From assembly GCA_038321985.1 (NCBI GenBank), contig JBBQFN010000001.1:192001-256000 (forward strand): 64,000 nucleotides of DNA, given 5' to 3'. The stretch's first letter is position 1. Each line of letters begins with the position of its first letter. The DNA is from Cyanophyceae cyanobacterium (GTDB taxonomy: Bacteria > Cyanobacteriota > Cyanobacteriia > Cyanobacteriales > Laspinemataceae). Both the position numbers and the translations under genes were made by a program. The notes beneath the pieces were generated by a model. It saw only the letters and a list, made by a program, of their open reading frames with translations, was not told the DNA's origin and did no database searches. Positions 33,480 to 43,906 of the stretch are shown here, one piece after another.

Positions 33480-33559
33480 TAGACCGTTTGCATCCTTCCG
33501 GAACTCCCCCCTGATTAAGGGCGGCTGGGGGGTCTGTTTTTAATTCTGCACGGGGTCTA
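33480..33559. mobile_element. 80-bp MITE-like element, copy 2
   Basis: TAGACCGTTTGCA ... TGCACGGGGTCTA with CCCCCC..AAGGG..GGGGGG core. Confidence 0.6.
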
Positions 33560-33645
33560 TTGAATAAGGCTATGGGTGAAATAAACTAGCCTGTTTAGGG
33601 GTTTGACCGGGGAGAGACAAACTAGGCATCCTCCCCTTGCCTATT

Positions 33646-34962
33646 TTACTGCCTGGGGCGGTACCACTGAGCTAGACGAGCTGGGGAAACCCCCAGATAA
33701 TAGCCCAGAATCATCAGTTGATTGATGGCAGTGGTTCGGAGAATGCCCAATTTCTGCCATCGGCTGGCACAGGTGAAAGCGGGGGTCGGGGCGATCGCCA
33801 GGGGTCCCCGACGTTTCAAGCGCCGCACGAACTCGAAATCTTCCATGATGCTGATCTGAGCAAATCCTCCCAGTTCCCGAAAGGTGGCCGCCCGAACAAA
33901 AATCCCTTGGTCCCCGTATGGCATTTGTCCCAGGCGCGATCGCCACTTGACGCCCCATTCGATCGCTCGCAATAAGGGTCCGGGGGCATCAATTTTCAAT
34001 TCAAAGGCTCCCCCGACAATTTCGGGTTTCCCCAAGATCTGCCGGATATCGGTCTCGAATCCAGGACCTAACCGAGTATCTCCATGTAAAAATAGTAGAA
34101 TCTCCCCCGTTGCCTGCTCTGCGCCCACATTCATTTGCCGCCCTCTGCCTGGTTCGCTACAGATAACCCTGACCCCATAAGAGGCGGCAATTTCCCGGGT
34201 GCGATCGCTCGATCCTCCATCCACTACAATAATTTCTACATCAGAGAGTTCACAAATTCCCCCTAGAGTGGACCCAATCCGGGCTTCTTCATTCAATACC
34301 GGCACGATAACTGATATTTTGCCCGGGTTCGGGCTCAGGCAGAATCGAGACCCTAATTTGGCTAAATCTTCCGGGCGATCGATATCTCCAAGTTCCGGTA
34401 ACTGATCAACGGTGAGGGACTCAGCAGCAGCGACGGCTAAAGTTTGTGCCAAAACTTCCCCAGTCCCCCACTCAATCCCCTGGAATATCTCGGGAACGCG
34501 CCGGGAAAGTCCGATCAGATAATAGCCCCCATCTATCGCGGGTCCCAATACGATGTCATGGTGGTGTAGAGATTTAAACGCTTGGATGAGGAGGGCCGCC
34601 TCTAAATCCGGGCAATCGGTACCGATCATGACCACCCGAGAACACCGGGCATTAAACGCATCCTCAGACGCCGTTTTAAGGCGATCGCCCAAATCTCCCT
34701 CTCCCTGGCTGCGATACTCCAAATCTCCACCCAACCACCCTTGGATCTGGTCCAGGGTTCCCCCGGTAAATCGGACCTCTACCGGCATTTTTTCTAACTT
34801 TGACCATTCTCGAACCGTTGCTAGGGTATGTTCGCTCAGTTGCCGGTGCAATTGCGCCGCCCCCTGTGCTCCTAATGCTGGAATCAGCCTGGTTTTGGTC
34901 GTTCCAGGGTGGGGAAGGCGGGTAAAAACAATCAGGCGATCGAGATGGGGGTGAGAAAGCAT
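33646..34962 (-). CDS. Fusion of DUF2064/TIGR04282-like and TIGR04283-like (arsenosugar-associated) glycosyltransferases
   Basis: N-half FTRLP.PG.TKTRL, QGEGDLGDRL, IGTDCP, GPAIDGGYYLIG; C-half VPVLNEE, VDGGS, GRGRQMN.GA, PYGDQGIF, MEDFE. Confidence 0.85.
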   Translation of the reverse strand: MLSHPHLDRLIVFTRLPHPGTTKTRLIPALGAQGAAQLHRQLSEHTLATVREWSKLEKMPVEVRFTGGTLDQIQGWLGGDLEYRSQGEGDLGDRLKTASEDAFNARCSRVVMIGTDCPDLEAALLIQAFKSLHHHDIVLGPAIDGGYYLIGLSRRVPEIFQGIEWGTGEVLAQTLAVAAAESLTVDQLPELGDIDRPEDLAKLGSRFCLSPNPGKISVIVPVLNEEARIGSTLGGICELSDVEIIVVDGGSSDRTREIAASYGVRVICSEPGRGRQMNVGAEQATGEILLFLHGDTRLGPGFETDIRQILGKPEIVGGAFELKIDAPGPLLRAIEWGVKWRSRLGQMPYGDQGIFVRAATFRELGGFAQISIMEDFEFVRRLKRRGPLAIAPTPAFTCASRWQKLGILRTTAINQLMILGYYLGVSPARLAQWYRPRQ

Positions 34963-35071
34963 GAAACAAAAGCCAGGATGAACTAGGAAGGAGGAACAGG
35001 GAAAGATAGACGGGGAAAAATGAGCAGATTGCCTAAAATAGGGTGGAAAACCCTCATTTTAATTCAACTGG

Positions 35072-35794
35072 ATGAATCATAACGTCGAAGTCTTAGCCGA
35101 TAAAACTGCCTTAATTGAGCGATCGCTGGAACTGGTGCAGGCCAGAATAGAAGCAGCGATTCAACAGGGCGATCGCTGTACCATCGCCCTTGCCGGTGGC
35201 AGCACCCCTAAACCCTTGTATGAATCCCTCGCTAAACTGGAGCTACCCTGGGAAAAAATCCATATTTTCTGGGGCGACGAACGTTATGTCTCCCCAGACG
35301 ACCCCGATAGTAATCAACGGATGGCCCGTCAAGCATGGCTTGATCGCGTCAGCCTTCCCGAAGCCAACATTCACCCGATTCCTACCCAAGGTAACGATCC
35401 GGCTAGCGACGCCCAGCAGCACGAGGCCCAGTTACAAGAATTCTTTGCCATTTCCCCAGGAGAGTTCCCCAATTTTGATATCATTTTGCTGGGAATCGGC
35501 GATGACGCTCATACTGCCTCCCTGTTTCCCCATACCGAAGCCTTACAAGTGCGCGATCGGCTCGTGACCGTAGGCAATAAAGACGGACAGCCCCGCATCA
35601 CCTTTACCGTACCCCTGATTAACCACGCCCATAATGTCTTCTTTCTGGTGGCCGGTGCCTCCAAACAACAAGCCCTCGATCAAATTTTCGCCGTCGAAGC
35701 TGACCCCATAACCTACCCGGCGCGGCTGATTCAGCCTTTAGGCGAGTTATGGTGGCTATTAGATGAACCGGCAGGACGGGAGTTAGCCGTCTAA
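35072..35794 (+). CDS. pgl: 6-phosphogluconolactonase
   Basis: ALAGGSTP, FWGDERYV, LLGIGDDAHTASLFP, RITFT. Confidence 0.96.
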   Translation: MNHNVEVLADKTALIERSLELVQARIEAAIQQGDRCTIALAGGSTPKPLYESLAKLELPWEKIHIFWGDERYVSPDDPDSNQRMARQAWLDRVSLPEANIHPIPTQGNDPASDAQQHEAQLQEFFAISPGEFPNFDIILLGIGDDAHTASLFPHTEALQVRDRLVTVGNKDGQPRITFTVPLINHAHNVFFLVAGASKQQALDQIFAVEADPITYPARLIQPLGELWWLLDEPAGRELAV

Positions 35795-35961
35795 ACGGTC
35801 TATCCCCAATTGCACGGCGGACTGTTCATGTCCGAGGTCTGATGGACTTTTTACATTAACCGCCCGTTGCTATTCTCTCAAAGAAGCGATTGCACCGCCG
35901 CAATAGCAGCAGTTTAAACCCGTCTTTTCTTCTATCGTATCGAAGCGAGAACTTAACGAAG

Positions 35962-36762
35962 ATGATAGTTTGCCCGAATTGCAATCACCAAAACCCAGAT
36001 GGAGCCATCCAATGTGAGGCTTGTTTGACTCCTTTGCCTGCTACCATGAACTGCCCCTCCTGTGGGGCAACAGTCCAAACTGATGCTGCCTTCTGCGGAC
36101 AGTGTGGCTATAATCTCCAGGTGGGTGGTGCTGAGGAAGGTTCTTCAGCCGAAGTCCCGGAACTTACGCCTGTAGTGGCTTCTCCTGACCCGGTTTCCTT
36201 CTCGGGCTCGGTTCCTGACCTGGAAGCAATGGAACCCCTAGTCTCACTAGACCCCCTAGCCGGATTTTCGACGTCTGAACCGGAAGCGGCAACTCCTCCT
36301 ACTCCTGTCGCTGCGCCAATCCTCCCCACTCCGACTCCGGCACCGACTCCAGCCCCCACTCCGGCACCGACTCCGGCACCGACTCCAGCCCCCACTCCCG
36401 TTGTCAACAGTTCGCAAACTCAACTGCAAGTGCCAAAGCAGGCGCAACTGTTCCATGTTCAAACGAATACTCCGGTAGAATTGCCATCCACTCTGTCAGT
36501 GCTTCACATTGGTAAACCCAATGATATGGTCCCGCCCGATGTGGATGTCTCGGGATTTCCCCATTCTGAAGTCGTCTCTCGAATTCATGCTGATATTCGA
36601 GTGGAGGGAGACAGTTATTTTCTGGAGGATGTGGGCAGTTCTAATGGAACCTACGTCAATAATCTGCCGTTATCCAAGGGGAACCGGCATCGCCTCCGTC
36701 CTGGCGATCGCATTGCCCTGGGTAAAGGGGATATGATCACCTTTATTTTCCAATTGTCTTAG
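35962..36762 (+). CDS. Double zinc ribbon + FHA domain protein (FraH-like)
   Basis: CPNC..CEAC..CPSC..CGQC; PTPA linker; IGKPN, VSRIHA, DVGSSNGTY. Confidence 0.88.
   Translation: MIVCPNCNHQNPDGAIQCEACLTPLPATMNCPSCGATVQTDAAFCGQCGYNLQVGGAEEGSSAEVPELTPVVASPDPVSFSGSVPDLEAMEPLVSLDPLAGFSTSEPEAATPPTPVAAPILPTPTPAPTPAPTPAPTPAPTPAPTPVVNSSQTQLQVPKQAQLFHVQTNTPVELPSTLSVLHIGKPNDMVPPDVDVSGFPHSEVVSRIHADIRVEGDSYFLEDVGSSNGTYVNNLPLSKGNRHRLRPGDRIALGKGDMITFIFQLS
36325..36400 (+). repeat. Intragenic 12-bp tandem repeats encoding (PTPA)n
   Basis: CCGACTCCGGCA / CCCACTCCGGCA / CCGACTCCAGCC units. Confidence 0.85.
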
Positions 36763-37161
36763 GGTTTAAGAATTGACAGCCTTCCGGCTTGACAGACTCA
36801 CCGCCAACTTTTTCTAAGTCTGGCGGGGGGTTTTGTTAGCGGCCTAATTCAACCCTTTATTTCCATTCCAGTGTTAAGTAATCTCTTGTTTGGTGTACAA
36901 GAGAGTGCCTTTTTTTAGGACTGAAATTGCATCTCAACCCAGGCGATCGCCTCTTTATGGGATTCTCCCAATAAGAGAGTGGGTCTCACTCCACATCACG
37001 ATGCAGCAGTCTGAGGGATAATGAGACTTGAGATGCAGGTCAGGTGACAGGACTATCTTTAAACGGGGCCTTTTTTTAACCCGGGAAATTTAAGTAGCCT
37101 GTTGCAACTGTACCTTGAGCCTTTGTTATCAAAGGTAGATCTACTCAATAGGGATGCTCCT

Positions 37162-37623
37162 GTGATTACATTAACTTTATTGCATCCGATTAAGTCCACG
37201 CCGATGCAGAGTTGGAAATTTGAGAATGAATCTGTCATTCGGATTGGACGTGCGACGGATAACAATGTCGTCCTCTATAGTGCCGTTGTCTCACGACATC
37301 ATGTGGAATTGCGGCGGGTCGGTCTCCAATGGAAAATTATTAACCTGGGAACGAATGGGACTTATCTAAAGGGAACTGCCATTACTCAAGTAACCGCAGA
37401 AGATGGCCTGGTTTTTTCTCTAGCGCGATCGGGTCCGCAAATCCAAATTCATTTGGCAAAATATAAACCCAAACTCTCCTCGCACTCTCAAGAATTAGAG
37501 ACTGGTATGCGTCTGCCGGAACAGGATGGAGACAGCGTGACTGCTGAGGATGTAACCACACCCATTACCCTCCCTCAAACTTCTTTGGAACCCAACGTCA
37601 TTAGAAAGGGGAATCAACCCTGA
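37162..37623 (+). CDS. FHA domain protein (GTG start likely; ORF from 37102)
   Basis: IRIGRATDN, VVSRHH, LGTNGTY, LARSGP. Confidence 0.88.
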   Translation: MITLTLLHPIKSTPMQSWKFENESVIRIGRATDNNVVLYSAVVSRHHVELRRVGLQWKIINLGTNGTYLKGTAITQVTAEDGLVFSLARSGPQIQIHLAKYKPKLSSHSQELETGMRLPEQDGDSVTAEDVTTPITLPQTSLEPNVIRKGNQP

Positions 37624-37902
37624 TTAATCTCCCTGTACCTGTCCGATTTTGTTAACATCGGCTCAGAAAGTATCACAATAGATGCATCCAGTCCTTTAGG
37701 GTGCGATCGCGACAGCAACTTTGCTCGCTTAGTCGAGAATAAACCACTCACGGTATATCTCGTGACTCCTAGCAGGGTAAGCTCTCCCTCGCTACGAGAA
37801 GCCCACTGGTTTTTGGCTAAGGGTAATTTCCTGGGAGTAGGCCCGGGACTCAGGTCAATGATTCAACCCACTGATGAGTTTATAACTTATAGGAGTTTTG
37901 AC

Positions 37903-38907
37903 ATGGCAATCGAACAACAGGTGATCCACTTTTCTCAGTTGCTCAATCGTCGTATTATCGACCGCAGCACAGCAGAAGAAGTAGGCCGACTTGATGAACT
38001 GTGGCTGAATCCCACATCCCATCACGTGGTGGGATTTTCCTCTAAATCAGGCGGAGTTCTGGGATTGGGGGTTAAAAAACATTCTTTTAGTTGGGAACAA
38101 ATTTATAGTATCGGCGCGGATAGTATTTTAGTCAATATTAATGCCGAGGTGGAAGAAGCTGAAAAGTCCCCGGAGATAAGTCCTCCGATTATTGGTCATG
38201 AAGTCTTGACCGAGAGCGGGAATACAGCGGGTCACTTGCGAGATTATATCATTGCAACTCAGACTGGCGCAATCGTCGGTTATCTTTATAAATCTAGCGG
38301 TTGGCGGGGTGCAGTGGATGGCACTTATGTACTTTCTCCAGATGATATTACTAGCATCGGGAGTAAGCGAATTCTTGTTGGAGATACAGCAGTCCAAGAG
38401 CCTCAAGCCTACACCGATGGTATGAATCAAAAACTGAATAAAGTGGGGGAGTTACTCAAAGAAGACTATGGGAAAACAATGGGGGATTTACGCGGGTTAA
38501 TTAAAGGAGCGCAGAATATCTCCGAACAAGCAAAAAGTAAAGTGCAAGAAGTCGCGGGACAAGCCCGAGAAGGTACGGCATCCTTTGCTGAACAAGCCCG
38601 AGAAAAAGCTCAAGAAGTCGCCGGACAAGCCCGAGAAGGTACGGCATCTTTTGCTGAACAGGCCCGAGAAAAAGCCCAAGAAATGGCAAATCAAACCCGA
38701 GAAGGTACGGCATCTTTTGCGGAACAGGCCCGAGAAAAAGCCCAAGAAATGGCAAATCAAACCCGCGATCGCGTCGCTGAGATGAGAGGCGAACCAAAAA
38801 CAGTTCCCTTACCCGAGAAATCTATAATTGAAGTGGAAATCACTTCTGTAGAAATCCAAACTCTTCCGGAACCACCCCAGCCAGCAAAACCGTTAGAAGA
38901 ACAATAG
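37903..38907 (+). CDS. Tandem PRC-barrel protein with an amphipathic 22-aa repeat tail
   Basis: AGGAG RBS before ATG 37903; two PRC barrels (WEQIYSIGADSILV; GHEVLTESG..G). Confidence 0.8.
   Translation: MAIEQQVIHFSQLLNRRIIDRSTAEEVGRLDELWLNPTSHHVVGFSSKSGGVLGLGVKKHSFSWEQIYSIGADSILVNINAEVEEAEKSPEISPPIIGHEVLTESGNTAGHLRDYIIATQTGAIVGYLYKSSGWRGAVDGTYVLSPDDITSIGSKRILVGDTAVQEPQAYTDGMNQKLNKVGELLKEDYGKTMGDLRGLIKGAQNISEQAKSKVQEVAGQAREGTASFAEQAREKAQEVAGQAREGTASFAEQAREKAQEMANQTREGTASFAEQAREKAQEMANQTRDRVAEMRGEPKTVPLPEKSIIEVEITSVEIQTLPEPPQPAKPLEEQ
38545..38765 (+). repeat. 66-bp tandem repeat, about 3.3 copies (QEVAGQAREGTASFAEQAREKA)
   Basis: Units start at 38545, 38611, 38677, 38743. Confidence 0.9.
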
Positions 38908-38929
38908 GATTAAATTTTTTCACGGGTCT

Positions 38930-39013
38930 AGACGTCTTTCCTGTAGCCGACAATACCGGGAATTTTCGCCGGTAACATCCCCAACTTACTCGGCACTCTT
39001 AGGAAAGACGTCT
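38930..39013. repeat. 84-bp element with perfect 13-bp inverted ends between convergent genes
   Basis: AGACGTCTTTCCT ... AGGAAAGACGTCT; a HIP1-containing hairpin follows at about 39025-39064. Confidence 0.6.
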
Positions 39014-39107
39014 GATTGATAGGAGAGGGCGATCGCCTCTACTTCTGTTAGGAGATCGCCCTCTTCTAATTTGCGTCAGGTGGGTCACCCCCACCCAACC
39101 CTCAAAT

Positions 39108-40634
39108 CTAAGCGCCTACAGATTCTTTCGCCGCGTACATCACTTCCAAAGAGATTTGGCTGAACCCACGTTCCCGGGCAAATTTCTCCGTATTCCGCTT
39201 CACTTTACCGCGCACAAAACCGGGAACCTTGTTCAATTCTCCTTGTGCTTCCTTGGTCCAGTTCAAATCAGAATCAGCAGAAATCGTTTTCTGAATCACC
39301 TCTTTCGTATCATGTCCACCAAAGATTTCCAGCAGGTGATCTTCCATCCCCAAGGTAAACGAGTTATAAACCAAATCTGTGACTTGATTTGTCCCTTCAT
39401 ACCCCAGGAATGGTTTATATCCAATGGGGAAGTTTTGGATATGAATCGGTGCGGCAATCACGCCACAAGGAATATTTAAACGCTTGCCAACGTGACGTTC
39501 CATTTGCGTCCCAAAAATGGCTGAGGGTTCAATCCGGGCGATCGCATCTCCAATTTCCCCATTATCTTCACTAATCAGCACTTCATCACAATATTCGCTT
39601 ACTTGTTCCCGGAACCAGTCTGCATCATATTTGCAATAAGTTCCGGCCAAAACTACATGAATTCCCATTTCCCGCGCCAGCACCTTTGTCATAGCTGCCG
39701 CATGGGTATTATCCCCAAACACCACCGCCTTTTTACCCGTTAAATTCTGGCAGTCAATCGAACGAGAAAACCAGGCTGCTTGGGAAACAAACATGGTTTG
39801 ATGATTGATATACTCTTCGTAATCCACATTTGCGCCTTGCTCATTAATCACCTGCTGAATTTTACGAATACAGCGGGCTGTTTCGACCACCCCCATGGGC
39901 GTGATATCCACATAAGGCATTCCAAATTCTTCGGCAAGATATTGGGCACTCATCAACCCAATTTCCCGATAAGGTATCAAATTAAACCAAGCGCGAGGTA
40001 AGTTTTTCAACTCAGTAACATAGGCACCTTCCGGGATAACGGCATTAATTTCAATCCCCAAATCTGCCATTAACCGTTTCAGTTCAATACAGTCATGCTG
40101 ATTGTGGAAACCCAGAGTCGTCATGCCGATGATATTCACCGAAGGTTTTTCGGTTTTGCCTTCACCGATTTCGCCTTTTTTGCGACCTTTGGCGATATAA
40201 AATTGTAGGATTTGTAGCAGAGTTTTGTCGGCTGCTTGCAGTTCATTAACCCGGTAGTGGTTGACATCCGCCAACATGACATCGCCCTTTGATTCCATCT
40301 GCGCCCGATCTACAAAGTTTTGTAAATCTTCTTGGAGAATGCTAGAGGTGCAGGTGGGGGTTAGTACAATCAAGTCCGGGGTTTCTTCTTGGTCCTTGCG
40401 AACGATATTATCGATCACTTTTTCTTGAGAGCCCCGGGCAAGAACGTTGCGATCGACTACGCTAATAGTTACTGGGGTATAATTCCGCTCCCGCTCTAGC
40501 ATAGACCGCATCACGTTAAAATAGTCATCGCCAAGGGGCGCGTGCATGATCGCATGGACATTTTTGAAGGAACTAGCAACGCGGAGGGTGCCAATGTGGG
40601 CGGGTCCTGCATACATCCAGTAAGCTAATTTCAT
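39108..40634 (-). CDS. chlB: Light-independent protochlorophyllide reductase subunit B
   Basis: [37 protein letters not shown]-terminal PCP_red [14 protein letters not shown]. Confidence 0.98.
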   Translation of the reverse strand: MKLAYWMYAGPAHIGTLRVASSFKNVHAIMHAPLGDDYFNVMRSMLERERNYTPVTISVVDRNVLARGSQEKVIDNIVRKDQEETPDLIVLTPTCTSSILQEDLQNFVDRAQMESKGDVMLADVNHYRVNELQAADKTLLQILQFYIAKGRKKGEIGEGKTEKPSVNIIGMTTLGFHNQHDCIELKRLMADLGIEINAVIPEGAYVTELKNLPRAWFNLIPYREIGLMSAQYLAEEFGMPYVDITPMGVVETARCIRKIQQVINEQGANVDYEEYINHQTMFVSQAAWFSRSIDCQNLTGKKAVVFGDNTHAAAMTKVLAREMGIHVVLAGTYCKYDADWFREQVSEYCDEVLISEDNGEIGDAIARIEPSAIFGTQMERHVGKRLNIPCGVIAAPIHIQNFPIGYKPFLGYEGTNQVTDLVYNSFTLGMEDHLLEIFGGHDTKEVIQKTISADSDLNWTKEAQGELNKVPGFVRGKVKRNTEKFARERGFSQISLEVMYAAKESVGA

Positions 40635-40898
40635 TTGAGTGTTCTCCCTTGTTCGGTTTAAATACAGCGTTTTGAGCGACTGCGATAAGCTGTTGTTGAT
40701 TATCTCAAAATTCCAGAGGTTCTGAGAGGCGACTTTTCAAGTATAAATGCTTAGGAATCATCGAAACCCCCTAGGCGGCTGCGATCCAGGTTAATATTAA
40801 AACAATATTTTGGTTTTCTTTGTAAGAAATATTAATATTTTGATACCCTCTGTAATTTTACACCAGGGTTGGGGATTTTGAGGAGGGGGGAGAAGAAG

Positions 40899-40960
40899 AA
40901 CCACAGATTACACCAATTTTCACGGATTTAACTCTGTGAAAATCGGTGTAATCCGTGGTT
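40899..40960. repeat. Palindromic dispersed repeat, AACCACAGAT family, copy 2
   Basis: AACCACAGATTACACC...GGTGTAATCCGTGGTT. Confidence 0.75.
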
Positions 40961-40992
40961 ACCAGATTAAGCAGCCATAGGAGTAGAGTTCT

Positions 40993-41547
40993 ATGATTTT
41001 GACAACGGCAAAATGGACGGTGGAAGAGTATCACCAAATGATTGCTGCGGGGATTTTAGAAGGGCGGCAGGTAGAGTTATTAAATGGAGAAGTTGTAGAG
41101 ATGGCCCCAGAGGGAGAAGCTCATGCTTACTGTAGCGATGAAGCGGGAGAGTATCTCATCTATTTATTAGGAAATCGGGCAAAAGTGCGGCAAGCTAAAC
41201 CGATTACGTTGCTAGAGAGTAGTTCGGAACCGGAACCAGATATTGCAGTGGTGCAAAGGCGGGGACGAGATTACCGAGAGCATCATCCTTATCCAGAAGA
41301 TATTTTTTGGGTGATAGAATATTCGGATACCAGTTTAAATAAAGATTTGGAGGTGAAGAGTCAGGTTTACGGGAAAGCGGGGATTCCCGAATATTGGATT
41401 GTGAATTTACGAACTCGGCAGGTGATTGTTTTAAGGATGCCTACGGATGAAGGGTATCAGTGTCAAGAGGTGTTAACAACAGGGGAGATTAATCCGGTCA
41501 GTTTTCCGGATGTGACGGTGGCGATCGCTCGATTATTTGGGGTTTAG
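40993..41547 (+). CDS. Uma2-family PD-(D/E)xK endonuclease-like protein
   Basis: WTVEEYHQM, ELLNGE, EPEPDIAVV, VIEYSDTSL..D...K...Y..AGIPEYWIVNL. Confidence 0.92.
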   Translation: MILTTAKWTVEEYHQMIAAGILEGRQVELLNGEVVEMAPEGEAHAYCSDEAGEYLIYLLGNRAKVRQAKPITLLESSSEPEPDIAVVQRRGRDYREHHPYPEDIFWVIEYSDTSLNKDLEVKSQVYGKAGIPEYWIVNLRTRQVIVLRMPTDEGYQCQEVLTTGEINPVSFPDVTVAIARLFGV

Positions 41548-41624
41548 AAAAAAGGGACCCTCAGAAACAGCCCATCCCCGTATTGCAAAGTGATTATAAT
41601 AGTAACGTTGCGAGGAATAGAGCC

Positions 41625-41870
41625 ATGAGTATCGTTATCCCCAATGAACTGCTGACAGCAACCCGCATGACGGAAGCGGAAATGAAACAAGAAATCGCCG
41701 TCATGCTCTTTCAGAAAGAGAAACTCACCCTAGGACAAGCAAGTCGATTTGCAGCCATGAATCGCATCGCCTTTCAACATTTACTTGCCAGCCGTCAAAT
41801 CCCCGTTCATTATGATGTAGAGGACTTTGAGGAAGATATTAAAAATCTGCGGGATAGGGGTAGACTCTGA
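41625..41870 (+). CDS. UPF0175-family predicted antitoxin
   Basis: EIAVMLFQKEKLTLGQASRFA.M....FQHLLASRQIP.HY. Confidence 0.88.
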   Translation: MSIVIPNELLTATRMTEAEMKQEIAVMLFQKEKLTLGQASRFAAMNRIAFQHLLASRQIPVHYDVEDFEEDIKNLRDRGRL

Positions 41871-41887
41871 TTATTGTCAGCGATACC
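41867..41887 (+). pseudogene. 5' remnant of the DUF3368 (PIN) toxin partner
   Basis: CTG ATT ATT GTC AGC GAT ACC = (M)IIVSDT overlapping the UPF0175 stop; resemblance ends abruptly. Confidence 0.55.
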
Positions 41888-41930
41888 TTACAGATTAAAA
41901 ATTTAGGGGATATTGCTAAACAGAAATTTA

Positions 41931-43772
41931 TCAGGAAAAATAGTGACCAGCAACTGTTTCAAAATCTAGGGTCATCAGACGAATGTATCCAGCCATAAAT
42001 TCCGGATGGTATTTCAATGTCTCATTTTGCCTGTATCCCGGCAATATAAATTGGCTTACAATATTTAGATAATCAGATGGAAAAGAAATATTTTCCATGT
42101 TTTTTTGCAGGAGGTACTCATAAATAAATTGTTTTCTTACACTTTTAGTTTTAATATCTTCCTGGTTCTCGGGATTTAGATAATATTCAATATCCGAATA
42201 TTTTATATCAATCACCTTAATGGAATAACTTAATATTTTTTTTATTTCGCTAAGGAAGCAATTAAACTCTGAAGTGATTTCCTTATCATTGAAAGCTAAG
42301 CTGGTTCCGTTTCTAAGAAGTGATATTGAAAAAATATCATGTTTTTTTAAAGGATGTATGAATTTATTTAAGAATTCACCGGGTTTAACTAATCCTTTTG
42401 TAAAAGCAATATAAAAAATATGGTTAAAATAATACATTTTATGTAATTCTTTAATTGTTATCATACGCTTATTTAATGGCCAAAACGAGTAAAAATTATT
42501 AGGAAAAGGTTTTTTAATTAATATTTCATCATTTGTTCTCTCATAATGTATTTGTAGATATTCAATTGAATGTTTATCTTTCTCTTGATCTGGAATATAA
42601 CAAACTTTTATTTCGTAAGGAGCAGAGTCGTCTTTAAGTTTAAAATAAGTCGAATAGTGCCAATCATTCCAGTCGGTTATTCCATCTGCCTTTCTTTTTC
42701 GTGTTAATAAATAAGTAAATTCATGGTGGGCCAAAAGATTTTTAAAAATGACCATATCAGGGATTAATTTTGTCTTATTAAAATGGAAACAATGTGATAA
42801 ATCTATTTCTTTACGCTCTTTCTTCCAATCTTTAATTAATTTTTCCGATACCACGCTATAATCTAAATAAAGAATGTTACTGGTCGTTGTTGTTTTCATA
42901 AAACAGGTTAAGCACATCGATTCCCATACGCTATGAAAATTATTAATACCCCAGACTTCCCCCTCATTCGTTTGACGGAGTTCGCCATACAGGAATAATT
43001 CTATTGCTTCATAAAAATCCCAATAATCAGCATCTTTAAGTGGAGTATTATGATGGATAACCTCTAGTGCATCTTTGAGGACGTCCATCACCCATTCATA
43101 AGACTGTTCCTCAAATAAACTATATCCCGCTTCAATATGTTTATGGATAAATCGGTCTGATAAAGATTGAATTTCTGGGACAACCTCTTGGTCAAGTTGG
43201 TGTTTAATTTCGCAGAGTAAATAGCAGTACATTTCTACAATATCCGTGGATTCAAACTGAACCTGCTGACGAGGTAAGTTCATGTAATCGATATAAGCAG
43301 CCCCATTGGGTAAAAAAATAGCTCGATGTAGAAATTTATGAGACTGACTATGATCCAAAACCTCTGATTTACCCAAACGATACGCTAAACTTAAAATTTT
43401 AGGTTCGTCATAGGCATTCAAGATGCCACTGAACAGATCTAGCTTGGAGTAAAAAATGTTTTCCTCTTTTTCTTGATTATCCGTACTAACCTCTGAACCT
43501 TTAGTAATTCTGATAACTCCATCACGATCTGATGTCTTCATTGCTGAATTTGCATCAAGATAGCCCTTTTCAATGCAAATTGCCTTAAACGTATCGAATA
43601 TTTTATAAAACAGAAAAAATAAATCTCGGATCTCGTCAAAATTTTGTAGCGATGAAAGGTGTTCTTTAAAGCATTTGGGCAAGCAAAATCGCAATTTACC
43701 ATTGCGTCTTTCTATACCAACGAAAGAATATGTATCATTAACAACAAGCTCAAGTTTATGAAAATCAATCAT
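41931..43772 (-). CDS. McrC/LlaJI.R2-like PD-(D/E)xK restriction nuclease subunit with a large insert
   Basis: N-terminal SFVGI..LPK; NFHSVWESMC; LIPDMVI ... VIDIKY ... KQFIYE ... FILP; downstream of the McrB-like gene; AT-rich. Confidence 0.7.
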   Translation of the reverse strand: MIDFHKLELVVNDTYSFVGIERRNGKLRFCLPKCFKEHLSSLQNFDEIRDLFFLFYKIFDTFKAICIEKGYLDANSAMKTSDRDGVIRITKGSEVSTDNQEKEENIFYSKLDLFSGILNAYDEPKILSLAYRLGKSEVLDHSQSHKFLHRAIFLPNGAAYIDYMNLPRQQVQFESTDIVEMYCYLLCEIKHQLDQEVVPEIQSLSDRFIHKHIEAGYSLFEEQSYEWVMDVLKDALEVIHHNTPLKDADYWDFYEAIELFLYGELRQTNEGEVWGINNFHSVWESMCLTCFMKTTTTSNILYLDYSVVSEKLIKDWKKERKEIDLSHCFHFNKTKLIPDMVIFKNLLAHHEFTYLLTRKRKADGITDWNDWHYSTYFKLKDDSAPYEIKVCYIPDQEKDKHSIEYLQIHYERTNDEILIKKPFPNNFYSFWPLNKRMITIKELHKMYYFNHIFYIAFTKGLVKPGEFLNKFIHPLKKHDIFSISLLRNGTSLAFNDKEITSEFNCFLSEIKKILSYSIKVIDIKYSDIEYYLNPENQEDIKTKSVRKQFIYEYLLQKNMENISFPSDYLNIVSQFILPGYRQNETLKYHPEFMAGYIRLMTLDFETVAGHYFS

Positions 43773-43906
43773 TTTTTAGTCTTGGGAAATTTACAAAAAT
43801 ATAGAAAAAATCTATCTAGCCGCTTAGTACCGGAGACTCTATAGATGGAGAAAAAAATTAGTTAAGCTAGGAAACATACCAGGGTTTAGTTTTATAGGTC
43901 AGTACC

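Noticed and set aside
38497..38797. Repetitive ORFs and a possible CRISPR-like periodicity
   Set aside because: The repeats are contiguous 66-bp in-frame coding units with no unique spacers, and there are no cas genes
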